Source of the DNA: Squalus acanthias
Taxonomy: Eukaryota
Reading direction: 5' to 3'
DNA: 64,000 nucleotides
Assembly (NCBI GenBank): GCA_030390025.1
Contig: CM059432.1
Location: 31,684,001-31,748,000 of the forward strand
Position numbers and translations under genes: made by a program. How positions within the stretch are numbered: position 1 is the stretch's first letter; each line of letters opens with the position of its first letter. Below, piece by piece: positions 8,901 to 17,955 of this stretch. Under the pieces are notes generated by a model. That model made no database searches and was not told the DNA's origin. It was given only the letters and a program-made list of their open reading frames with translations.

Positions 8901-10442
8901 ACTGCAAAAATCTTGGTCCGGGAAGTGTTCTCGCGGTGGGGACTCCCCCGTTTTGTGGAGTCAGACCAAGGGAGTCATTTCACCGGCCAGGTGATGCAGA
9001 ACACCCTCATGCTTTTGGGCATTGAAGGGAAGTGGCACGTAGCACACAATCCCCAGTCATCCGGGATTGTTGAACGCATGAACCGGACCCTGAAGGAGAA
9101 ATTGAGGAAAGAGACTAGGAACTCGCCCCAAAAATGGGCGAAAGTTCTGCCTTTAGTCCTCATGGGGGTCCGGGCCAGTCAGTCAAAAAGTACGGGGTAC
9201 TCCCCGCACGAGGTGATGACTGGGAGGCTCATGCGAACCCCCACCCATGTGCTAGCGCCGGTGCTCACTGAGGGTCAGCTCCAAGAGATAAGCAGGGACA
9301 AGTTCGCCCAGACCCTCTTGGAGCGCCTAAAACAGGTGTATGAGCAGGCGGCTGGGAACATGGGAAGGCAGCATCAGGGCAATCGCCTGTTGCCGGAACC
9401 CCGCAAAACGCGGGAGTGGGAAGTAGGAGACCAGGTTATGGTCAGAAACTACGCCAGAGTAGGGAGTCTGGAACCACTGTATATGGGACCCTACAATATT
9501 GTAGATAAGGCGAGTCCCATGGTATACGCCGTAAAGGTACCTCGGCGCAGTAAGTGGTTCCATGTAAACCAGTGCAAACTGTACAAGCCAGGTGCGCAAG
9601 GGAAAACCACAGGGGTAAACCCTGCGAGTGGGGACGCGCAGCCCCAGGTAGGACCACAAGGCACACAGGCAGGCAAAGCAGCTTGCATCAGGGGAGGAGA
9701 CATCCTGGAAAATTGTGAAACATTTTTGTGGGGTTGGGAGTCAGATGAGGGAGAGTTCCTGGAACTCGAGTCAGATGAGGATAGTGATGAGGACGAGTGG
9801 GGATCGGGGAACGCAAGGGTCGCCCCCGATTCAGGTATAGGGAGGACAGGGGCTGCAGATAGAGATCCACACAGGGTGGACACCGAGGCTGCAGGTCCCG
9901 AACACAGGAGGGAGGAGCTAGGGGAGGCGGAGCCAGCCGCTGTGAGACCACAGGGAGTGACGGTGAGAACCTCAGAGCCCGAGCCGCCCACCTTGAACGT
10001 CCTGCCCTCGGGGGAGGTAGGGATTGCGAGTGAAGGGCCGCCTGCTGGGCCGAGCAGGGCAGTGCCACAAGCTGCAAGTCCCGAGGTCAGGGAGGCGGAG
10101 TCAGGGGAGGCGGAGCCAGCGACTGTGGTGGGACCACAGGTCGTCCCGGCGAGAGTCTCGAACCCCGGTCCGTCGGTCCTGGGATTCCTGCCCCCGACAA
10201 CTCCTCGTAGGTCAAGTAGAGAACCCCAGCCCAGGAAGATGTGGGTATGGCCCCAGACGGTCCCAAGGCGTAGACTCAAGGTTAAGGCAGCCCAGATAGA
10301 ACCCAGTCCCATCGCGGCAGCAACAGGCTGCGGCAGATCAGAGGAAGGGGTCAGTGCAGCAACAGGCTGCGGCAGATCAGAGGAAGGGGTCAGAGCCCTC
10401 CCACCGTCGGGAAGAGCTCGCAGCAGCCTTCTCAGAATTTAA
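5916..10442 (+). CDS. pol: Pol (PR-RT-tether-RNase H-IN plus C-terminal extension), in frame with gag
   Basis: Protease LLDTGAS (DTG 6021-6029). RT LPQGFHNSP and YVDD (6981-6992). Degenerate RNase H LEVAAS (about 7419). Second RNase H IYVDGS..SAQQAEL..SDS..KVKAHS..GNQQADALA (7866-8290). Integrase HHCC, D(8784)-D(8964)-35-E(9072) and GPY module. No stop between 5916 and 10439. Confidence 0.96.
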   Translation, partial: LEPAQPVYLCPLSYDAWKRPLVEMEVEKQKGSYLLDTGASCTVIHTDSPFDSPLSTKVPFTLAGFTGKEQAGAFSFPLSIRLGALHIKWKCILMEWQEGGGRGILGSDLLSGHGILVDLRNHCLWGAKSEKGEVVVIPGEEGTGVLCTMQPSGGYDLGLMVADVPTDMQTYVSDNMHAFATHKHDCGRVTGFEVSVDGDPMTRPQKQYNFPKEAEPDMETAMSSLVQQGVLRPIATHVNSPLWPVRKPDNSWRATVDYRVLNSNIPACAPTVAAVADLIGSIPASATTFTVLDISNGFWSIPLRREDQYKFAFTFKGQQYTWNCLPQGFHNSPSIFHQCMAGSLKEFSQPHQIVQYVDDLLLFTDSREEHGPLLAELLELLARKGFKVNPKKARIGQQEVKFLGLTIRAGERAIDKARRESVQELPIPNNIRGVRSFLGLTGYCRDFIEDYAATAAPLLRLLHKGVEWSWDEGCQAAFEKLKRDLQTVPALGAIDGGKEFFLEVAASGDSLSAVLLQERHGKLRPVVYSSRVLTDVERSFSNCERHLLATHWAVKRSAIFTGLSPITLLTHHTPTKMLLDGRIKDGTVSSVRIARWTLLLSQMDLRVKGLCEPRLAANLVYPGTAHRCSVEGVWDVNIGLRAGIHPTGREIYVDGSSTVSAGERLTGCGVYDPAANLALAIKLPSTMSAQQAELSAVVYVVTHPDLFPTPYTICSDSMFTCNSCTEYLAIWSRRGYTSADGRPLTVKPLLEKILAAVGEEGEIFIHKVKAHSSTEPRGEGNQQADALAREGARNGIFWDPYGTRPMAVIQGRDGNPGNSRVALPLDLKTVQTQDPALKAVLKTIAEGKQVEGPYSTATLSVKEGMLFREEQWVVPQQHRREFLQLAHEGPGAGHPGPEVTWQRVEQAGWWPGLREQVREFCANCLVCAANNPDPQKRKVPMGHVRRVEGPWQSMQIDYIGPLPTTQGGYKYCLVLVDVFSKWVEAFPCRTATALGTAKILVREVFSRWGLPRFVESDQGSHFTGQVMQNTLMLLGIEGKWHVAHNPQSSGIVERMNRTLKEKLRKETRNSPQKWAKVLPLVLMGVRASQSKSTGYSPHEVMTGRLMRTPTHVLAPVLTEGQLQEISRDKFAQTLLERLKQVYEQAAGNMGRQHQGNRLLPEPRKTREWEVGDQVMVRNYARVGSLEPLYMGPYNIVDKASPMVYAVKVPRRSKWFHVNQCKLYKPGAQGKTTGVNPASGDAQPQVGPQGTQAGKAACIRGGDILENCETFLWGWESDEGEFLELESDEDSDEDEWGSGNARVAPDSGIGRTGAADRDPHRVDTEAAGPEHRREELGEAEPAAVRPQGVTVRTSEPEPPTLNVLPSGEVGIASEGPPAGPSRAVPQAASPEVREAESGEAEPATVVGPQVVPARVSNPGPSVLGFLPPTTPRRSSREPQPRKMWVWPQTVPRRRLKVKAAQIEPSPIAAATGCGRSEEGVSAATGCGRSEEGVRALPPSGRARSSLLRI

Positions 10443-10741
10443 AGGGGGCTGCCCTGAGAACGGGCGGCGCTGTACAGGAATAAGTTTAGGATAGGTTTCT
10501 AAGTTCATAGTTTAAGGTTAAGAATAAGTTTATAGTTTTAAATCAGGTTAAGTTTGTAGTTTAATTTTAACAGAAAATGGTAAAATGATGGGAGTTAGAG
10601 ATAGGTTTAGTTAAAGTTTATTTAGTGAACATTGAAGTTTACGTGAGGCGAGGTCAGGGGACCCGCTCACTCTTCACAAAAGCCAGAGACTCTTGCGAGG
10701 CTGGCTACCTCATTCTATCTGATCACAGGAACCAAGGAAGG

Positions 10742-13093
10742 ATGGAACGAATTCTAGTATTGCTCGCGGCAATCGGATGTGGATTGGCCTATCGAGGCCG
10801 CACCAAGGATGTCGTGGTGTTTGGATGCTCCGGGGACACGGCCCCTATCGCGGTGGATGGGACCGGAAGACGGGAGGCTGAGGAGACCACCACCTATTTC
10901 CACAAGGGAAGGTGGCCAGGATGGCTGGGAACGAACTCAACGGAGTATTCCAGCACATCGGGGTTTGCCTACCAAGAGACTTCTTTAATGTGCCCCAAAG
11001 TAAGGATCATCGCACCCAGGATCAGCGTCACCGTCGGCAAACGGATTTGTTTGACTTGTAGTGGGAATGTCCCATTGAGCCGATGGTGGTGGCTGCGAAA
11101 GCTGAGCAAAAACATGAGGAACTCTTCGGTCGAGTGGGAACGACTGGGTAATAATACCCATCGGACAATTACGGGGACAAACGGACAAGTGAGAGTCTGT
11201 TGGGACAAATGGTGGGAACCGGATGAGGGAATTTATGTATGTATGTGGGGGTCAAAGTACGTTTGCCCCAAAGGCATCTCCATATTTTTCATTAACCAAT
11301 GGCAGGATAACGGACAGGGGATGAGGTGGGATGCGAGCACCAGGGGGTGCGGAGCCCCATTCTCCCCGATCCCAGTAAATGCCACTGAACTCATTACGCG
11401 CCCACGCAAAGCCCTGCCCACGATTCCGGTGGTTCTAGCTGAAGAGGAAGGGTGCCCTAAAACTAGTAAGGGACCCGGGAATGGTTTGGTACTGGTCCCC
11501 ACAGACCAGATACTATTTCAGGGGGTACATTACGCGGTGGCCTCGGTGATTTTAAATCTCACCGAGGTGCGGTTACCAGAGTGGTGCCCCAAAAAGACGG
11601 AACAGTTGTATCAGGTCCTGTTGACCAAGATGTTCAGACAATTTTACGAATTCGATTTCGCGGAAATTGATAAAACAAGTTTGTACACCGCACCACATGA
11701 AGTTTTGGATCAAGTAGGGAGGCAAAGAAGGGGTGTAGTGAACGACGTGTTCACTGCTTTTAACACGGGTACATCTGTGGTCAACGCTCTAGACAGTGTG
11801 GAGCTGCAGACCCAGATTAATGGTCTAAAGACGCAATTAAAAGACATTCTAACAGATGAGAATAAAGTGGTAGGGTCGGGTTTACACGAGGACCAAGCCA
11901 TGACTCTCCATTTAAAGGAAATTATAGCAGAGCTAGAGAAACACGCGAGAACGGTAAATGCCCTGATTAGGGAAGATCGGAATGCATCCGATCAAGCTGC
12001 GCAGAATGAGGTGTGCGTGCTTTACGGGGCGTGGTTACTGGGCGAGGGCCGCAGTAATTTGGAGGATTTAAAACAAGGTTTGGTCCCGTCCTGGATAAGT
12101 AACAAACACCTGCGGACGCTCCACCCTTTTCAGAACGCATTAAGTCCGTGCCAGCTCAGGCTAGCTTCAGAAGCATACCCAGTCCCCGTGGACTGCGGAC
12201 GATCAAACCATACTATCATGGGTATAGTTTTACGTATGCCGGTTTTGGGCGACACAGCAAAGCCCGCCCCGGTGTATCGGGTAGAGAACATTGGTGTCAT
12301 TCAGGGGGGAGCCCACATTCGCTATGCAGCGGTTCCACCCTACGTCATCCGCTGGGAGCAAACGATGACAGGTACAGATCTCTCTGGTTGTCGTGGCAGG
12401 GGAGCACACATAATACTGTGTCCCCAGCACTTGAATGCCTTTTCAACACCACAGTGCGGGTTCAGAACGGCTGGCGCCAAGTCCATGAATTGCACCATGG
12501 AGGCAATGGCACAAGATCATGTGCCTCCGCAGGTAGCATACATCGGGGGTGGAACATATTGTGTTACCACTGCAGCGCAACACTACCAGCATGGAAACCG
12601 TAGCCGGTGTCCGGTGAGTGCCAGCAGTTTCTGTTTCAAACCCAGGGCGGAAGTTCAAGTAGCACAACAGCGAATTGTCCCAATCCCTGAACCATCCACT
12701 GTTCATCTAACAGTAAAAGAGAATTTCACCGACTTGCAGCGATTCGTCGCGCATTTCGGACACCTCATTCCCCCTCTCCCTGAACACCTCACCAAGCTTT
12801 TAAAAGCCGTCGCGGTGTCACAAAAACATTTTTACACACTAGAGCAGAAAACTGTCGAAATAGGAACAGACATTCTGGATATAGTAATTCCACCGTGGTG
12901 GAATCTGTTCACCAATATTGAAGTGCCGTCATGGATCAGGATAGCCTCCCACATTTTAGTCGTATGCCAAGTTTTTATTGTAGTGTACCTATTGGTCGTA
13001 CATTGTAAAAGAGACAAACGCCTCACCAAGCATGAAAACACGGGAGAGTGGCGAGAACGTTACGTGCGCGTGCACGATGAAAGCACCGTGTAA
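10742..13093 (+). CDS. env: Env-like class I fusion glycoprotein (783 aa) with N-terminal Ig-like domain
   Basis: ATG 10742 in strong context just after a candidate acceptor (..CTATCTGATCACAG at 10728). Signal peptide MERILVLLAAIGCGLA, N-glycosylation sequons, furin site RQRR (11720-11731), fusion-peptide/heptad region, Cys-rich region, TM helix at about 12941-13000 and a short tail. Confidence 0.88.
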   Translation: MERILVLLAAIGCGLAYRGRTKDVVVFGCSGDTAPIAVDGTGRREAEETTTYFHKGRWPGWLGTNSTEYSSTSGFAYQETSLMCPKVRIIAPRISVTVGKRICLTCSGNVPLSRWWWLRKLSKNMRNSSVEWERLGNNTHRTITGTNGQVRVCWDKWWEPDEGIYVCMWGSKYVCPKGISIFFINQWQDNGQGMRWDASTRGCGAPFSPIPVNATELITRPRKALPTIPVVLAEEEGCPKTSKGPGNGLVLVPTDQILFQGVHYAVASVILNLTEVRLPEWCPKKTEQLYQVLLTKMFRQFYEFDFAEIDKTSLYTAPHEVLDQVGRQRRGVVNDVFTAFNTGTSVVNALDSVELQTQINGLKTQLKDILTDENKVVGSGLHEDQAMTLHLKEIIAELEKHARTVNALIREDRNASDQAAQNEVCVLYGAWLLGEGRSNLEDLKQGLVPSWISNKHLRTLHPFQNALSPCQLRLASEAYPVPVDCGRSNHTIMGIVLRMPVLGDTAKPAPVYRVENIGVIQGGAHIRYAAVPPYVIRWEQTMTGTDLSGCRGRGAHIILCPQHLNAFSTPQCGFRTAGAKSMNCTMEAMAQDHVPPQVAYIGGGTYCVTTAAQHYQHGNRSRCPVSASSFCFKPRAEVQVAQQRIVPIPEPSTVHLTVKENFTDLQRFVAHFGHLIPPLPEHLTKLLKAVAVSQKHFYTLEQKTVEIGTDILDIVIPPWWNLFTNIEVPSWIRIASHILVVCQVFIVVYLLVVHCKRDKRLTKHENTGEWRERYVRVHDESTV

Positions 13094-13532
13094 TCGGAAA
13101 ATGGCGTCACTCCCGCTCGCCACGTGCGCCGCGGAAGTTTGTACTCGATCATGATTTTCAAAGACTGTAAATACGTTTGGAACTCGACATGTTTTAAGAG
13201 TTGGTGTTGATTATTTTTGGTAATGGTGTTGTAGTTAAAAATGATTGTTTGGTTTTGGGTTTTGTTTTTCCTTTCCCTGAATAAAAAATGTGAATATATA
13301 GGTGATACGAGAGGCATCGGCCTGGTTACGCCTGGAAGGAAAACAAGTGGTGTAAGTTTAAAGGCAAATAATGCCTACGGTACTATAAAATGTAATTTTC
13401 TTGGGAAATAAGGACGACGCAAAGACCCTAGAGAGTTTAAGTTATGGGATTAAATTTTCTGGATTCGGAGAAAATCGAGATAATATTGCTCACCACAATA
13501 TTTTTGATACGATAAGCGGAGTTATTCGCATC

Positions 13533-13544
13533 AACAGGAGGGAC
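13533..13544 (+). other. Polypurine tract
   Basis: AACAGGAGGGAC immediately precedes the 3' LTR. Confidence 0.75.
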
Positions 13545-15255
13545 TGTAGAATTCGCAATATATCACGATTTTATTAATAAGGAGAAAAACACAGAGTTTC
13601 GTTCAAACAGCTTTTATTTCAGCAGAATGCTGTCAGGTTTCAAAGTGGACATAAGCAGCTTGTAAAATGGCCGCCGCACCTCGTGGCGGAACATTCTAGA
13701 CTTTTCGACAGGCAGACAAGATGGCGTTCCAATAAACATTTGTGCAAGATCGATTAAGACTCAGCACATTGAAGATAATACACGAGACATCATGGGTTTA
13801 CAGTATACACATAAATACTGAAATCGGTCTCCCAGGTACGAATGAAAGCTATTGTACCAAGTAATCAAGAGCCCATCCAAAGACATTAATATGTAAAATC
13901 CCAACGACTCTACGATGAGAGAGCCGTTAGCGGGTAGTTACAGAAAACACTTGGAAGCCCCAAAACCCCTCCAGGGAGAACACCGACCGATTAAACAATG
14001 GGAGAAATATTAACAGGTACTCAGACATTTACGAGTAGCCCCGAAACCCATTAAAAACGGAGATCACCCTATACAAGACATTTGAGCGCCAAACCCTAAC
14101 AAAAGAAAAGACATTAAGGTTGGGCGGGAAACGGAAGATTTTGTACTATAATTACAAGCTCCAAACCGTCCATCTCTCTCTTATCCTCTTATCTTGCTGG
14201 TGTTCATCCTCGTGGCTGCTCCTGTGCTCTTGACTCGCCGTCTTGTTCCTGCTTGCCTCGTGTCTCTTTTAAAAGACTGTTGAACTTTGTGATCCGCTCG
14301 GATCTACCTCGTGTCGTGTCGCGAAGACCTGTGTAGAACTGGGCTCTGAAGCCTTGAAGCGGGCGCACCATTCCGATAAGTCGGTAAACGGTGTCGGAAC
14401 CGAAGGCCCGAGACGAGATGAGATGAGATGAGATGAGATGAGAAGAGAAGAAGACCATACTTATCGCCACGGTCAGTAAGCCCCGACCGCGCCTGTAGGT
14501 CGAATAGACATTTTCCTTGCCAGGAAGACTTCTTTGAGTTCTACAGAACTGACACAGGAAGACTCTTCTTCGAGTTTTATCGAACCGGTGTGAGGGCACA
14601 GGAAGACTCTTTTTTTGAGTAGAGTCGGAACTCCGAGGACAACACAGATCTTCATGACAGCAGACGTTCCAGCCTGCTAGCCGGAGCAGAACGAGTAAAC
14701 AAGTGGGGCCAGGAGACCCCCTGATCGACACGTGGGTGCTGCGGTGAAAAACATCCGATCAGAGTTTTCGGAATTCTCCGAGTTATCACGAGTGGTGAGC
14801 ATGAGTCTCGAATCCTACGAATCTAGCTAGGACAGATATTGATAGGGGAGGGTTTCAAGTATTAAGGATAATTGTAATGTGTGCCCCCATTTACGGTGTG
14901 TCGTTCGTTCCTCGTTTCCCTGAAATTAGTTACATAACTGCGTGTAAGATTGTACTGTCATGAATCTGTGCTTATGACATGTATTTCGTAATCTTAAGTA
15001 TTATGCAATAAAGATTTTCCATTTCGTACCATTCAACCGAGTCTACCTGAGTTTCATCTCCATTACTGCTCTCGCATCTAAGTCCAGTGTCTAGAACCGT
15101 AAGGGCGAGTGGGTCGAACCACTCACAGGTGTGTCTAGTGCTCCCAGACTGGCTGGAGACCAGAACAGGCAATAAGGCCTAAACCCGCACTAGCATCCAG
15201 GCTGCACAGAGCCACACGAATCTCACAGGCTGAGAGACGGTCAGAAACCCTTACA
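13545..15255 (+). repeat. 3' LTR (1711 bp)
   Basis: Copy of 2395-4105 at a constant offset of 11150, followed by TSD CCTC. Confidence 0.97.
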
Positions 15256-17146
15256 CCTCCGACAGTGCAGCACTCCCTCAGCACTGCACTGGAGTTTCAG
15301 CCTAGCTTTATGTGCTCAAGTCCCTGGAGTGGGACTATGAACCCACAACCTTCTGACTCAGAGGCGAGTGTGCTTCTGAGTGAGCCACAGCTGACACTGG
15401 AGAAATTAGGGCAGGTGACCAAAAGCTTGGTCAAAGAGGTAGGTTTTAAGGACTGATCTGTGTCTGAGTTATGAAAAAGACTGTGGAAACTTTGACTTTT
15501 CAGCTTTCAAAGAAGGAGGCGGAAAAGTGATCTTTAAAATTATATCGTAGTATGGAAATCCAGAAAATTAATTCAAACTAAATTGTGCGAATAGAACAAG
15601 GAAATAGTTTTACACCAAAAAAGCAAATTTAGGACTTATGTCAGGAGGTTCTCCTTCACACAATTAGCAAATGAAGATGGATGGGCCTAGGACACTGCAC
15701 TGAGGAACTCCTGCAGCAATGTACTGGGGCTGATGACAGTGCAAGCAATTAACCAAATTCAAGTACTAAACTAGGGTTGCCAACTCTGGTTGGACGTTTT
15801 TGGAGTGGTTTCAACGCATGACCTCCTGCCTCCAACTGCCCCGCCTCCCATTGGTCACCCCATGTGTGCATCCTGGTGACACACCGACTTCAAATGCCAA
15901 ATGGCAGGCAAGTGGATGTCGATGCTTGGTTACCCAATTGGAAGATTCTTGAATATTAATCAAACAGGCTTCTGCACCAACCCCCCCCCACCCAATTTCT
16001 TCTTTTATTCCCCTATAATCTTTCTTCATGGTCACTTGCAGAATTGCCTGGGAGATTAATAATTCCTGGAGACTCCATGACAATCTGGGTGAGTTGGTAA
16101 CCCTAATTTAAACATAGGAACAGGAGAAGGCTGTTCAGGCACTCGATCCTGTTCCACCATTTAATTAGATCTGTCTGTTCTGTACCTCAACTTCACATTT
16201 GATCCATATCGGCAGCACGTCCCAAACCCGGGACCTCCACCACATAGAAGGACGAGGCCAGCAAGCGCGTGGGAACACCATCATCCCCAAGTTCTCCTCC
16301 AAGTCACACACCATCCTTACTTGAACAGATAAAGGGAAATCGTGTTTGACAAATTTATTCGAGTTTTTTGAGGATGTAACTAGCAGGGTAGATAAAGGGG
16401 AACCAGTGGATGTAGTATATTTGGATTTCCAAAAGGCATTCGATAAGGTTCCACATAAAAGGTGATTACACAAGATTAGGGCTCACAGGGTTGGGGGTAA
16501 TATAGTATCATGGATAGAGGATTGGTTAACGGACAGAAAACAGAGAGTAGGGATAAACGGATCTTTTTCAGGTTGGCAGGCTGTAACTAGTGTTGGGGCC
16601 TCAGCTATTTACAATCTATATTAATGACCTAGATGAAGGGACCGAGTGTAATGTATCCAAGTTTGCTGATGATACAAAGCTAGGTGGGACAGTAAGCTGA
16701 GGAGAACACAAAGGGCTGGATTTTGTCTTGGGGTCGGGTTGGGGTCATGTTACCCGCATTTCGTGTTGCCCCCCCCAACTCCAGATTAATGTGGATGAAT
16801 GATGCGATTTTAACTTAATTGGCCAATTGAGTTCCAACATGTGGGAACCCATGGCCAATGAGTTATTCCAGTCTGAAAGTCGCCTCCGATGACGTCATCA
16901 TTGCTGCTGCATTTAAGGTCTGCAACAAGCCTTGCTTCCTCTGCAGGCTGCCAAGCTTTTGGACCTCTAATCTAAAGGCACCTGCAGCAGGAATGGCCAG
17001 CCAACGGCCATGGGCTGCTCCCAGGTTCCATGAGGTTGCCCTTCAGGCTTTGGTGGATGGAGCAAGAGCCAACAGGGAGGTGCTCTTCCCCTCCTCAGAG
17101 AGGAAGAAGCCTCCCTAGCAGACAAAGGCTGTGTGGGTCCATATCG

Positions 17147-17955
17147 AGAGGTCGCACAACACCAGGTTATAGTCCAACAGTTTTATTTGAAATCACAAGC
17201 TTTCGGAGCTATCGATTTGCTCCTTCCTCAGGTGAAGTAAATTAGATACAGAATCTCCAAAGCATATATAGATGGAAAACAAAGCATGTGTACTTTACAA
17301 TTGCAGACCAATAAATTAAATCATCCTGACTATCTGCCGAGGTGTGATAAAGTTAATTAAGTCAGCCAGGAAGGTACCACATCAAAGACATAGCAAGATA
17401 CAACTGAGACAATGAGGTGTAGTCGCAGGGGTTCTAACGTGTCAAAAGCTGCCGTCTGTATGTAAAACGAAAAGCTTTAACATTTTTTTACTTTTTTACT
17501 GGGAAAATTTTTACTTTTTTACTGGGAATCACATCTGTGAACAAGCTAACGACGACTCGAGTCCGGATCACGTCATGTATCGTGACATAAACCCAAGATC
17601 CCGATTGAGACCGTCTTCATGAGTGCGGAACTTGGCTATCAGTTTCTGCTCGATGATTTTGCGTTGTCGTGTGTTTCTAAGGTTGCCTTGGAGAACGCTT
17701 ACCCGCAGATCCGAGGCTGAATGTCCTTGACTGCTGAAGTGTTCCCCAACTGGGAGGTAACAATCCTGCCTGGCGATTGTTGCGCGGTGCTCGTTCATAC
17801 GTTGTCTCAGTGTCTGCATGGTCTCGCCGATGTACCATGCCGCGGTGCATTCTTTCCTGCAACGTATGAGGTAGACAACGTTGGCCGAGTCACATGAGTA
17901 TGTACCATGTACCTGGTGGGTAGTGTCCTCACGTGTGATGGTGGTACCCGCATCA
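17147..17955 (-). mobile_element. 5'-truncated Penelope-like element (GIY-YIG endonuclease and 3' end)
   Basis: ORF 17568-17955 reads NVVYLIRC...WYIGET.QTLRQRMNEH...EQKLIAKFRT..DGLN. 13-bp TSD TGGGTCCATATCG (17134-17146 and 17956-17968). Confidence 0.9.
17193..17236 (-). ncRNA. Minimal type I hammerhead ribozyme motif of the Penelope-like element
   Basis: Minus strand UUCAC-CUGAGGA-A-GGAGC(loop)GCUCC-GAAA-GCUU-GUGA shows the CUGANGA and GAAA core, a perfect 5-bp stem II, UCAC/GUGA stem I and a palindromic AAGCUU stem III region. Confidence 0.7.

Larger units (their letters stand above)
2395..15255 (+). mobile_element. Full-length endogenous retrovirus-like provirus (lokiretrovirus-like), LTR-gag-pol-env-LTR, 12,861 bp
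   Basis: Two 1711-bp TG...CA LTRs, 4-bp TSD CCTC (2391-2394 and 15256-15259), PBS, PPT and three uninterrupted ORFs. Lineage assignment is inferred from the dual RNase H and the F-like Env. Confidence 0.95.

Noticed and set aside
9491..10312. 273-aa antisense ORF opposite the Pol C-terminal extension
   Set aside because: GC-rich, low-complexity shadow of the sense ORF with no motifs; no independent evidence.
10625..10741. Listed 822-aa env ORF start at 10625
   Set aside because: GTG start. The signal peptide begins at ATG 10742, which has strong Kozak context and a splice acceptor just upstream.
2395..15255. Classification as a foamy virus or ordinary Ty3/Gypsy element
   Set aside because: Long LTRs and YVDD resemble foamy viruses, but Gag has a CCHC knuckle, gag-pol are in frame and there are no accessory ORFs. 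Ordinary Gypsy elements lack the second RNase H and this Env. Phylogeny is still needed.
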